DNA of 64,000 nt from Clostridia bacterium (GCA_045595795.1 JAZOBC010000024.1:3440-67439), one strand, 5' to 3'. Positions 20,851-29,491 are shown, counted from the first letter of the stretch. The notes: generated by a model not told the origin, from the sequence alone. A program made the numbers and translations.

Positions 20851-21687
20851 ATGCTTGTGAATTATGATATCCAAAAAATAAACCGGGCACTGCAGGATTT
20901 TTACAATGCAACCGGCATTAATATGGACCTTTTAAAGGATGATTTTACTTTTGTGGGCAACCATAGCTTTTGGGAAAAAACTCTTTACTGCAAGGCCATT
21001 CAAAGCTGCAAAAAAGGCAAGTCCGGTTGCCTTTGCTCAGATGCAGAGTTGTTTTGGAAAAGTCGGGAAAGTAAAAAAGCAGAAAAACACGTCTGTCATG
21101 CCGGACTCATCGACGTATCCATTCCCATTCTGTACAACGACGTGATTATCGGTTACATCATTTTGGGCCAAATGAAAACAGATACACCTTTTTCCATGGT
21201 CAAGGAATATTTAAACAGTTTGAGTCTTAACGAAGCTGAAATGAAAAAATATTATGCTGAGATTCCTCTGTTTGATGCTGATAAAATTCAGAGTATCTCA
21301 AATATTGCCGAAATGTTGGTCAAACATATTCTCCTGGAAAATATGCTAAAACCCAATTTTGACGAAAACTTTCAAAGAGCACTAAACTATATTAGCGAAA
21401 ATTTGGATAGAGATCTAACCATTCAAAACATTTCCAAAAGTGTTAATCTTTCAAAAAGTGTCTTATATCGTCATTTCCACCGTTATTTTAATTGCACTGT
21501 CAGCCAATATATTAGAAAGAAACGTATTGAAAAATCTGTGGAGCTGCTGACGAAAAGCGAATTGTCGATTGAAGAAATTGCTCAAAAGGTAGGTTTTGCC
21601 AGCGGTTCATATTTCAGCAAGATGTTTAAAATGGAAAAAGGCTTGTCCCCTCTTAAATATAAATCAAAAGCCAAAAAGGGACTGTAG
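20851..21687 (+). CDS. AraC-family transcriptional regulator with N-terminal PocR sensory domain
   Basis: PocR pattern (CKAIQSC..GCLCSD...VCHAGLIDVSIPI..IGYIILGQ) plus a C-terminal double HTH. ATG 20851 is preferred; GTG 20842 is possible. Confidence 0.85.
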   Translation: MLVNYDIQKINRALQDFYNATGINMDLLKDDFTFVGNHSFWEKTLYCKAIQSCKKGKSGCLCSDAELFWKSRESKKAEKHVCHAGLIDVSIPILYNDVIIGYIILGQMKTDTPFSMVKEYLNSLSLNEAEMKKYYAEIPLFDADKIQSISNIAEMLVKHILLENMLKPNFDENFQRALNYISENLDRDLTIQNISKSVNLSKSVLYRHFHRYFNCTVSQYIRKKRIEKSVELLTKSELSIEEIAQKVGFASGSYFSKMFKMEKGLSPLKYKSKAKKGL

Positions 21688-21889
21688 CAAAATGCACAGA
21701 ACGCGCAAAGCAAAGCTATTGTAATACTCTTGCTTAAAAAAATACCAAATGAACGATGGTAGAAATGTGTTATACAACAAATGTCTAAATGAAATAAATT
21801 GCGCTTTGAATATACTTCACCTCTCGGCGTACCCATGTACGCTTTCGGGATTCAGTTTATCCCATCTGCGCTATTTTGCGTCCACCCTT

Positions 21890-21934
21890 AAAAGGGGCTG
21901 TAGCAAAACAAAATGTTTTGCTACAGCCCCTTTT
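21890..21934. terminator. Intrinsic terminator downstream of ychF, usable from either side
   Basis: Perfect 19-bp stem AAAAGGGGCTGTAGCAAAA / TTTTGCTACAGCCCCTTTT with a 7-nt loop. Confidence 0.85.
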
Positions 21935-21947
21935 GAATATCCTACTA

Positions 21948-23045
21948 TTATACGTTAAAGCGGAATAAAACAACATCGCCGTCTTCCATGACATACTCTT
22001 TTCCTTCTGAGCGAACCAGGCCTTTTTCCTTCGCCGCTGTCATGCTGCCACATTCCATCAAATCGCGATATGCCACAACCTCAGCGCGAATAAAACCCTT
22101 TTCAAAATCAGTATGAATTTTTCCTGCCGCGCCGGGAGCCTTAGTGCCTTTGGTAATGGTCCAGGCGCGAACCTCGGGCTCGCCGGCGGTTAGATAACTG
22201 ATGAGGCCCAGCAATTTATAGCTTTTCTTCACCAAGCGATCAAGACCCGATTCTTTAATGCCTAACTCCTGCAAAAATTCTAATTTTTCTTCCGGCTCTA
22301 AAGCTGAAACATCTTCTTCGATTTTGGCCGAAATCGGCATCACCTCAGAGCCCTCTTGCTCTGCCATAGCCGTCAGCTCTTTCACCATGTCATTATTTTC
22401 AATGCCGCCGATAAAATCTTCTTCCGAAACATTGGCTGCATAGAGTACCGGCTTCAGGGTTAAAAGAGGCAGATCTCTTAAAAGTTCAGCTTCTTCTTCT
22501 GAAAATTCTCTGGCACGAGCCGGCTTACCTTCTTCCAAGAGCGCTTTTAATTCCTCAAGTAAAGAAAGCTCCTGCTGATATTTTTTCTCACCGGATTTCA
22601 TCATCTTTTTCGTTCTGTCAATGCGCTTGTCCAGCATTTCCATATCAGCAAAAATCAACTCCAACTGAATGGTTTCAACATCACGCAGAGGCGATACAGA
22701 GCCCTCCACGTGCACAATGTTATCGTCATGAAAACACCGCACCACATGAACAATGGCATCCACCTCACGAATGTGAGATAAAAACTTGTTGCCAAGTCCT
22801 TCGCCGCGGCTTGCGCCTTTCACGAGGCCTGCAATGTCAACAAACTCAATCACGGCATGTGTCACCTTTTGGGGATGATACATTTCAGAAAGAGCATCCA
22901 GCCGCTCATCCGGCACCGGCACAACACCTACATTGGGCTCAATGGTGCAGAAGGGATAGTTTGCCGATTCTGCCCCCGCCTGCGTAATGGCGTTAAATAA
23001 GGTAGACTTACCAACGTTAGGAAGTCCGACTATACCTAATTTCAT
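21948..23045 (-). CDS. ychF: Redox-regulated ribosome-binding ATPase YchF
   Basis: MKLGIVGLPNVGKSTLFNA P-loop, 365 aa, TGS-like C-terminus. Confidence 0.96.
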   Translation of the reverse strand: MKLGIVGLPNVGKSTLFNAITQAGAESANYPFCTIEPNVGVVPVPDERLDALSEMYHPQKVTHAVIEFVDIAGLVKGASRGEGLGNKFLSHIREVDAIVHVVRCFHDDNIVHVEGSVSPLRDVETIQLELIFADMEMLDKRIDRTKKMMKSGEKKYQQELSLLEELKALLEEGKPARAREFSEEEAELLRDLPLLTLKPVLYAANVSEEDFIGGIENNDMVKELTAMAEQEGSEVMPISAKIEEDVSALEPEEKLEFLQELGIKESGLDRLVKKSYKLLGLISYLTAGEPEVRAWTITKGTKAPGAAGKIHTDFEKGFIRAEVVAYRDLMECGSMTAAKEKGLVRSEGKEYVMEDGDVVLFRFNV

Positions 23046-23096
23046 TATATATCACATCTCCTTGATTGATCAGTATTTTCTTTAGTTCTTCTGCCC

Positions 23097-25595
23097 TTAG
23101 CTTGAGTGCTTAAGCAGATAATCACAATTCACGACCTTTTCCATAAAGGATGTGCGTGTTACATAATAGTGGTTTGCTGCTTCATAGCCCACAGCACTGT
23201 TGCGAAGCATAATTTCATACGCCATAAGTGCAAGCTCTTTTTCAGATTTCACCAGCTCATCCATAGCCGCCTGATCCGGCACCCCATCACGAAGCATGTA
23301 ATACCGAATCTGATTGAGAGAGCCTTTAAACAGCGTATAGCCATAAAATGCCATATCCTTAAATTCACAAACCGGCATATTCTCCAAAACTGCAAGACCC
23401 TTTTCCCACTCGTCACAAAGCTTTGCATATTGACTTTCCAGAATTTCCGGCGTATATACGCCGCCGCACCAGTCTGTTACATCATCATAGGGATAACACG
23501 TCATGGTGGGCTTAAGACCTGTCGGCACCGGATAAATGAGATTGGCAACACCGGAATTGGAGGGGCCATCGTAAATATGCATCATATCAAAGGGATATTC
23601 CGCAAACCCCTTACAGAAATGGCTAACGGCTGTTTTCACAACATCTGCATATTCCCCATAGGAATTTTCCAACACGCTGTTATAAGGGTCCTCAAAATTC
23701 TCTAAGTCTTCAAAGAAATAAGCCGAAGCAATCTTTATATTATCTGAAATATAGCCGCCAAGCGTCCAGGAAAGCATGACATGTTCAATGCCCTCTGCAA
23801 TGAGGTTCTGCATGTGTTGTGTCACATTTTCATAAACCGGCAAAAAGGGTGCTGTTGAGCATTCCCAAGAGTTATTGATTTGAACCTTTGCCCCAACCTC
23901 AAGACCATGCTTTCTTGCAGTCTGCCACAAGTCTTTTGAGGCTTCACCCGGACCAACGATGGAAAGAGAATAATCGCTCACTGTGTTCGAAACACCGCCA
24001 CGCTCAAAGGTGATGCCTGTCTCACTCACCTGCAAAAGAATGACATTCTTAGGCAATCTGCTGATTAAATCCTCAAGTTGCTCTCCATAATGTGGCTGCC
24101 AGCACCATGCATAGACTAAGAATTTAATCTTGGGATTCATCTCGGTCACTGCATCTGCCATTGTTTTTAAAATGCCTGCCGTCACTTCAGAGCCCTTCTT
24201 TTGACCGCAGATAGGACAAAGTGCTTTGGGCAGTTCCTCCGAATCGGTCGGCTGTGCCTGCTGGACGCCTTGGGAATAGCAAAGAACATTATTTTCACTT
24301 TGAGTAATATTAAGGAATCCACCCAAAAGAGGCGCATGCTTACAAATGGTTTGAATGGTATCTTTTAAATACTGGTGGGTTTCAGAATGAGAGCTGCAAA
24401 GACAAGCTTTTGTTGGAGAAAAACTTGCACCCTTTAAATCTGGACGAGCATCAAAAAAATCAAGGTCTATGGCTCTCGGTTCATTAATGTACATATAAAC
24501 TTTAATACCATACCGTGCACAACGGCGCGTCATCTCGTCCAGATTTTCAAGACGTTTCTCCCAGCCAACACTTTTGTCCGGCGCAAAAGGATAAGGAGCA
24601 ATTTTATAAAACACGCCCTGAATCCAAACACCGTTAATGCCTAAACGGGCATAGCCTTTAAGCAACTCATCGGGAAATGAAATGCTGCTGTCTTTATCCA
24701 GCACATCACCGTATAACCCGCAAAACGAATAGATATATCTGGTTTTAATCTTTGTTTTTCTTTTATAACTCTTTTTTTCAAAGGATAAAGCACCGGCACC
24801 GTTAGCCAAATCAAGAAGGTAGTAAAGACCGCGCATGATGCCAATCGGCGAACCGGCATTCACTAAAATCCGATTCTCCTGCACAGAAATTTCATGGTAT
24901 TCTTCATCCTCTGTCTGGATATTCATACAAATTTCAATCACGCGGTCGCTATCTTCCTGAAAAGAGACGCCATAAACTGCCTGTGCTTCCTGTTTAAAGT
25001 CCTCAACAAACTCTGAAACACCCTGGCAGCAAACCCGAATTGCCCAGCTTTCATCAATGGTTACGGCATGAGTTTTCTTGGTCGTGATGGGTGCATAGCG
25101 TTCCGCAAAGAAAGAAAACGGCGGTTCAGCCTTTGATGCATCTATGGGCAAAATAGACTCTTCCATTGAAGCCTTAATTTTAGCGGTTTGTGCTTTTTCT
25201 GCCTCGGTTAACGGGCGGCAAACCACTTCCTCACAGTCTGTTCTGCCACCATCCCAGCCCACAAGCTTAACGTCTAAAAAATCATCTTCTTTAAGAATGA
25301 AATCAAGGCGTTCCTCGCTCCAATCAAGAAGCTGACAAAGCTGACGATAGGGCAAAAGATTCCATACATGACGCAGAATGGAAATATAGCCCCGCGTCAT
25401 CCACTCATCGAGCCATTTTTGCTCTCCAAGTCCCATGTCAAGCGCAAGCTTTTTTATCGTCGCTTCATCTGTTTTGAGCACTTCTGCCAAACGCTTTGCT
25501 GAAACATGCTCCCACAGTCTGAATATCACGGCTTGAAACCGCGTAGGAAAATGCGGAACGGCAAGAGTTTTGCCGGGTTCTATTTTAGGTAACAT
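23097..25595 (-). CDS. 832-aa cytoplasmic multidomain protein, putative glycoside hydrolase of unassigned family
   Basis: RBS GGAGGAAAACA and no signal peptide. Residues 230-262 (EEYHEISVQENRILVNAGSPIGIMRGLYYLLDL) resemble the GH20b-type N-domain. A TIM-barrel-like region follows (GINGVWIQG...YGIKVYMYINEP). Confidence 0.45.
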   Translation of the reverse strand: MLPKIEPGKTLAVPHFPTRFQAVIFRLWEHVSAKRLAEVLKTDEATIKKLALDMGLGEQKWLDEWMTRGYISILRHVWNLLPYRQLCQLLDWSEERLDFILKEDDFLDVKLVGWDGGRTDCEEVVCRPLTEAEKAQTAKIKASMEESILPIDASKAEPPFSFFAERYAPITTKKTHAVTIDESWAIRVCCQGVSEFVEDFKQEAQAVYGVSFQEDSDRVIEICMNIQTEDEEYHEISVQENRILVNAGSPIGIMRGLYYLLDLANGAGALSFEKKSYKRKTKIKTRYIYSFCGLYGDVLDKDSSISFPDELLKGYARLGINGVWIQGVFYKIAPYPFAPDKSVGWEKRLENLDEMTRRCARYGIKVYMYINEPRAIDLDFFDARPDLKGASFSPTKACLCSSHSETHQYLKDTIQTICKHAPLLGGFLNITQSENNVLCYSQGVQQAQPTDSEELPKALCPICGQKKGSEVTAGILKTMADAVTEMNPKIKFLVYAWCWQPHYGEQLEDLISRLPKNVILLQVSETGITFERGGVSNTVSDYSLSIVGPGEASKDLWQTARKHGLEVGAKVQINNSWECSTAPFLPVYENVTQHMQNLIAEGIEHVMLSWTLGGYISDNIKIASAYFFEDLENFEDPYNSVLENSYGEYADVVKTAVSHFCKGFAEYPFDMMHIYDGPSNSGVANLIYPVPTGLKPTMTCYPYDDVTDWCGGVYTPEILESQYAKLCDEWEKGLAVLENMPVCEFKDMAFYGYTLFKGSLNQIRYYMLRDGVPDQAAMDELVKSEKELALMAYEIMLRNSAVGYEAANHYYVTRTSFMEKVVNCDYLLKHSS

Positions 25596-25702
25596 TGTTT
25601 TCCTCCAAATAAAATTGCTTAATAATATTTTTCATGCTGATTATACCACAAGTCCCTCATAATTGCAATAAAAATAAGCAACCTCGCAACACGAAACTAA
25701 TA

Positions 25703-25739
25703 AAAGAGGATTTTTATCTTCTTGATAAAAACCCTCTTT
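25703..25739 (-). terminator. Probable terminator after rplT
   Basis: Imperfect 15-bp hairpin AAAGAGGATTTTTAT / GATAAAAACCCTCTTT with a T-rich tail on the minus strand. Confidence 0.5.
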
Positions 25740-25761
25740 ATCTTCTATTGAATTATGTTGT

Positions 25762-26115
25762 TTACAGGCTTGCCTTTGCTTTTTCAACTAAGCTTGCAAA
25801 AGCTTCCTTATCGCTGACAGCAATTTCTGCCAGCATTTTTCTGTTCATTTCGATTCCGGCTTTCTTCAAACCGTTCATGAATGTAGAATAGTTCATGCCA
25901 TTCATCTTTGCCTGAGCACTGATTCTGGCAATCCACAGACGACGGAAATCGCGTTTCTTCTGCTTTCTGCCTACATATGCGTAAGACAGAGATTTCATAA
26001 CGGCCTGTTTCGCTGTTCTGAACAGCTTACTCTTGCCGCCTCTGTAGCCCTTCGCCAGCTTCAGGACTCTTTTATGTCTTTTGCGTGTATTTAAAGCGCC
26101 TTTAACTCTTGCCAT
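25762..26115 (-). CDS. rplT: 50S ribosomal protein L20
   Basis: [26 protein letters not shown], 117 aa. Confidence 0.98.
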   Translation of the reverse strand: MARVKGALNTRKRHKRVLKLAKGYRGGKSKLFRTAKQAVMKSLSYAYVGRKQKKRDFRRLWIARISAQAKMNGMNYSTFMNGLKKAGIEMNRKMLAEIAVSDKEAFASLVEKAKASL

Positions 26116-26153
26116 TTTTTATACCTCCTGAATTTTCTCTCAATCGTAATTGC

Positions 26154-26351
26154 TTATTTGTAAGGAATCAACTTTTTGATTACCTTAGCGTTTGCATCAC
26201 AAGCATAGGCGCCTTTTCTGAGCAGACGCTTTCTTTTTGTAGACTTCTTGGTTAAAATGTGACTCTTGAATGCATGCTTCATTTTGATTTTACCGTTCTT
26301 GGTCACCTTGAAACGTTTTGCTGAAGCCCGGTGTGTTTTAATCTTAGGCAT
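26154..26351 (-). CDS. rpmI: 50S ribosomal protein L35
   Basis: [17 protein letters not shown], 65 aa. Confidence 0.97.
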   Translation of the reverse strand: MPKIKTHRASAKRFKVTKNGKIKMKHAFKSHILTKKSTKRKRLLRKGAYACDANAKVIKKLIPYK

Positions 26352-26397
26352 AATTTGGTACTCCTTCCACTCTGTAAATAATAATAAATTAACTGAC

Positions 26398-26919
26398 TTA
26401 ATCTTTTTTTGTTATGGGCGAAATCACGAGGCTCATGCTTCTGCCTTCCAGCTTCGGCGGCTTATCGCAAGTACCGAAGTCTTTCAGCGTATCCCGAAAG
26501 CGCTCTAAGTTCTTAGCGCCCAGTGCAGAGTGATGAATCTCTCTGCCGCGGAATCGAATTGAAACCTTGACCTTGTCTCCGTCCTGCAAAAACTTTTTAG
26601 CGTGATTGATTTTTGTATCAAAATCGTGGTCATCAATGGAAGGAGAAATACGAAGTTCCTTCACATTCATGGTTTTTTGATTTTTCTTTGCCTCTTTATC
26701 CCGTTTTGCCAGTTCAAACTTATATTTACCGTAGTCCATAATTTTACAAACCGGCGGTTCAGCTTTTGGAGCAATCAAAACCAAATCCAGATTTTTCTGA
26801 TACGCAAGATCCAGTGCCGCATTGCTGTCCATAAGGCCTAACTGTTCACCGTCGGGACCTACCAGACGAACCTGACTGACTCTGATCTCTTCATTAATCT
26901 TCATTTCCTGCTTACTAAT
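26398..26919 (-). CDS. infC: Translation initiation factor IF-3, ATT start codon
   Basis: IF-3 N- and C-domains. GGAGGTG lies 8 nt upstream of ATT (26919-26917), giving (M)[20 protein letters not shown]. The upstream extension to 27006 has no RBS. Confidence 0.9.
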   Translation of the reverse strand: MSKQEMKINEEIRVSQVRLVGPDGEQLGLMDSNAALDLAYQKNLDLVLIAPKAEPPVCKIMDYGKYKFELAKRDKEAKKNQKTMNVKELRISPSIDDHDFDTKINHAKKFLQDGDKVKVSIRFRGREIHHSALGAKNLERFRDTLKDFGTCDKPPKLEGRSMSLVISPITKKD

Positions 26920-27077
26920 GTTCGAAGCACCTCCATAAAAGTTTTTCAGGTTTTTCTTCCATAAAACAAAAAAAATACGGACAGGCAAACCTATCCGCAA
27001 ATACACTTATAAAAAAGTATATTGACCATTTAGGCTTTGCCTGATGGTGGAAAACAAATGTTTCCGCTTACTAATAC
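26920..27077 (-). promoter_or_regulatory. infC-rpmI-rplT leader with attenuator hairpin (L20-leader-like)
   Basis: About 155-nt leader containing a 9-bp hairpin GCGGATAGG-TTTG-CCTGTCCGT followed by AUUUUUUUU (plus-strand coordinates 26966-26998), upstream of the infC RBS. Confidence 0.5.
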
Positions 27078-27083
27078 CTTTAT

Positions 27084-27112
27084 ATTGTAGCACACCGTTC
27101 TTTGTTTGTCAA
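27084..27112 (-). promoter_or_regulatory. Sigma-A promoter of the infC operon
   Basis: On the minus strand: TTGACA (27112-27107), 17-nt spacer, TACAAT (27089-27084). Confidence 0.75.
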
Positions 27113-27241
27113 GATATATTTTAAAAAATTCCACTTTTTATTTCATGCCGCACTCACACACTTTAGTAATTGCTTCATATGATGCTTATTATTCATAAAA
27201 ATACAAGATTGTTGTATTTTTATTATTTTTTTCTTTTTCTC

Positions 27242-27270
27242 TTGACTTTTCTTGGTTTTTCTTGTATAAT
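27242..27270 (+). promoter_or_regulatory. Sigma-A promoter of the XRE gene
   Basis: TTGACT (27242-27247), 17-nt spacer, TATAAT (27265-27270). Confidence 0.75.
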
Positions 27271-27312
27271 TAAATCAAATTGAGACGAAAAATCACGATT
27301 GGAGGGGTTCAT

Positions 27313-27693
27313 GTGCTGTCAGCGGTTGATACTTCACTTCCGACAAAAATCAAAACGCTTCGCATTGAACAGAAAAAATCTCAGGAAGAAATGGCGCGCG
27401 AGTTGGGCGTTTCGCGGAGTTGCCTGGCAAATTATGAAACCGGCAACCGACAACCGGATTATGGGATGCTCATTCGCCTGGCTGATTTATTTCACGTTAT
27501 GGTGGATTATTTAATTGATCGCGAGCCTTTTCGCAATTTTGATTTGTCGGAAGAGGAAATTGCTGAGTGTACCCACTTAAAGCGCGTACTAAAAGATCGT
27601 AGTAACGTATTGGATTTATCCATCCTGAACGTAGAAGGAAAAATTGCCATTATTGAATATTATGACTACATAAAAAGTTCCAAAATGTTATAA
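27313..27693 (+). CDS. XRE-family helix-turn-helix transcriptional regulator
   Basis: HTH_3 pattern QEEMARELGVSRSCLANYETGNRQPD. GTG 27313 lies 5 nt after GGAGGGG; the track start at 27280 has no RBS. Confidence 0.8.
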   Translation: MLSAVDTSLPTKIKTLRIEQKKSQEEMARELGVSRSCLANYETGNRQPDYGMLIRLADLFHVMVDYLIDREPFRNFDLSEEEIAECTHLKRVLKDRSNVLDLSILNVEGKIAIIEYYDYIKSSKML

Positions 27694-27698
27694 AGAAA

Positions 27699-27746
27699 AA
27701 TCCCCTGCCCTCTCGGCTGACTGCCAAAAGGACAGGGGATATTTTA
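27699..27746. terminator. Bidirectional intrinsic terminator
   Basis: Stem ATCCCCTGCCC / GGACAGGGGAT (one mismatch) with flanking A- and T-runs, between convergent genes. Confidence 0.7.
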
Positions 27747-27753
27747 TTCATAA

Positions 27754-28143
27754 TCATTGGCCTATATAGGCTTGTTCTTCTTTGGATACTGTTCCTTCTA
27801 GGAACGGGAGAGCCTCTGCAATCTCTTGCATCAATGCTGCAACTTGCTCGTCCTGTAACCGGATGAGAAAAAACGTTAAACCTTGAAAAGAATCTTTCTT
27901 TTTACCGGTTGCATAGGCCTTATATTCCGTAAAGGGACAACCATATGCTTGAATCATTGCGGAAATCTGCTTGGATATTTCCTTGGCTGTCATCGTTTTT
28001 TTGCCACTCTTTTCACGGGGCGTAAAGGTCAGCTTATAAATAATCTCTTTTTCCTTTTTTCCCTTTTTGCGGGATAGTGCCGATACTGCTTTCAGTAACA
28101 ATAATACACAGGATAACCACTTTGGCTTTTTGTTCCTTTTCAT
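27754..28143 (-). CDS. Hypothetical 129-aa membrane-anchored, Lys-rich protein
   Basis: Start moved to ATG 28143 (MKRNKKPKW) behind GGGAGAAGGG, because the longer track ORF overlaps the upstream small gene. One N-terminal TM. No recognisable family. Confidence 0.55.
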   Translation of the reverse strand: MKRNKKPKWLSCVLLLLKAVSALSRKKGKKEKEIIYKLTFTPREKSGKKTMTAKEISKQISAMIQAYGCPFTEYKAYATGKKKDSFQGLTFFLIRLQDEQVAALMQEIAEALPFLEGTVSKEEQAYIGQ

Positions 28144-28156
28144 AGCCCTTCTCCCA

Positions 28157-28336
28157 TCAATTTTGCTTTCGTACAACAGCATAATCATCGCCGTTACGCC
28201 AGTAGACGCAATCAAATTGGCTACCGGTTAAAAACCGATGCATTTCATCCTCGTCTAAATTGACAGCACAAAAATAGCAGTCACAAAATTCATCATACTG
28301 ATAATTGGCACAGGTTTCACAGCTTGTTTTGCCCAT
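28157..28336 (-). CDS. 59-aa Cys-rich small protein (putative zinc-ribbon), missing from the ORF track
   Basis: Hand translation gives MGKTSCETCANYQYDEFCDCYFCAVNLDEDEMHRFLTGSQFDCVYWRNGDDYAVVRKQN. RBS AGAGG is present. The gene fills the tgt-downstream gap exactly, and its stop overlaps the next gene's RBS. Confidence 0.65.
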   Translation of the reverse strand: MGKTSCETCANYQYDEFCDCYFCAVNLDEDEMHRFLTGSQFDCVYWRNGDDYAVVRKQN

Positions 28337-28354
28337 GAGTTTGCCTCTTTTCCT

Positions 28355-29491
28355 TTAAATGCGCTTAGAAAGACGTTCTACCGCCTCAGCGCGATAGGCT
28401 TCAAACCGGCCTTCTGCCAGGCTGGCACGAATGTCTTCCATTAAATGATTATAAAAATATAAATTGTGCATAACACCTAAACGCATACCCAGCATTTCGC
28501 CTGCCTTCATCAAATGGCGAACATAGGCCCTGCTATGATTGCGGCAAGCCGGACAGTCACAATGCGGGTCAATGGGAGACGAATCGGTTTCATATTTTTT
28601 GTTCATAATGTTAATCACGCCGTCATGCGTAAACAAATGCCCATGGCGTGCATTTCTTGCCGGTAACACACAGTCAAAAAAGTCAATACCCCGCGCCACG
28701 CCTTCAATAATGTTGGCAGGTGTGCCCACGCCCATTAAATAGCGTGGCTTATTTTCCGGCGCATGCGGAAGTACCACATCTAAAATATGATACATTTCTT
28801 CATGTGTCTCACCAACCGCAAGACCGCCAATGGCATAGCCCGGCAAATCCAGCTTAGCAATTTGCTGCATGTGAGCAATACGAATATCATCATGAATGCC
28901 GCCCTGGTTGATCCCAAACAGCATTTGATTTGGGTTCACAGCCTGCTCACTTTTGTTTAACACCTTCATTTTTTCCTGACAGCGAACAAGCCAACGATAG
29001 GTGCGCTCAACACTTTCCTGAGTGGTCTTGCGGTCTGCCTTGGCATGGATGCATTCATCAAACGCCATCGCAATCGTTGAGCCGAGATTGGATTGAATGG
29101 TCATGCTCTCCTCCGGACCCATAAAAATCCGCCGTCCGTCAATGTGAGAAGCAAAGGTCACGCCCTCTTCCCGCACTTTGTTGATGGCTGTTAATGAAAA
29201 GACCTGAAAACCGCCGCTATCTGTCAAAATGGGCCTATCCCAGTTCATAAACCGATGCAAGCCGCCCATGGTGCGAACCACCTCATCCCCGGGACGAAGA
29301 TGCAAATGATAGGTGTTAGATAGCGCAACCTGACAACCGACGGTTTTTAAATCCTCGGCTGATAAGGCACCTTTAATGGCTGCCGCAGTGGCAACATTCA
29401 TAAATACCGGTGTTTGAATTTCACCGTGCACCGTTGTAAAGGTTCCCAAGCGGGCTCTGTTTTCTGTCTTTAATAGCTTAAACACAAGCAT
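28355..29491 (-). CDS. tgt: Queuine tRNA-ribosyltransferase
   Basis: 378 aa with TDSGGFQV and the zinc site CDCPACRNHSRAYVRHL. Confidence 0.97.
   Translation of the reverse strand: MLVFKLLKTENRARLGTFTTVHGEIQTPVFMNVATAAAIKGALSAEDLKTVGCQVALSNTYHLHLRPGDEVVRTMGGLHRFMNWDRPILTDSGGFQVFSLTAINKVREEGVTFASHIDGRRIFMGPEESMTIQSNLGSTIAMAFDECIHAKADRKTTQESVERTYRWLVRCQEKMKVLNKSEQAVNPNQMLFGINQGGIHDDIRIAHMQQIAKLDLPGYAIGGLAVGETHEEMYHILDVVLPHAPENKPRYLMGVGTPANIIEGVARGIDFFDCVLPARNARHGHLFTHDGVINIMNKKYETDSSPIDPHCDCPACRNHSRAYVRHLMKAGEMLGMRLGVMHNLYFYNHLMEDIRASLAEGRFEAYRAEAVERLSKRI

Noticed and set aside
21749-21958. 69-aa plus-strand ORF in the AraC-ychF spacer.
   Set aside because: No RBS. It runs through the 19-bp terminator stem into ychF, and its composition is typical of non-coding DNA.
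26920-27006. N-terminal extension of infC to the ATG at 27006 (202-aa version).
   Set aside because: There is no Shine-Dalgarno sequence before that ATG. The extension covers the leader terminator and is not IF-3-like. GGAGGTG-N8-ATT at 26919 fits known IF-3 biology.
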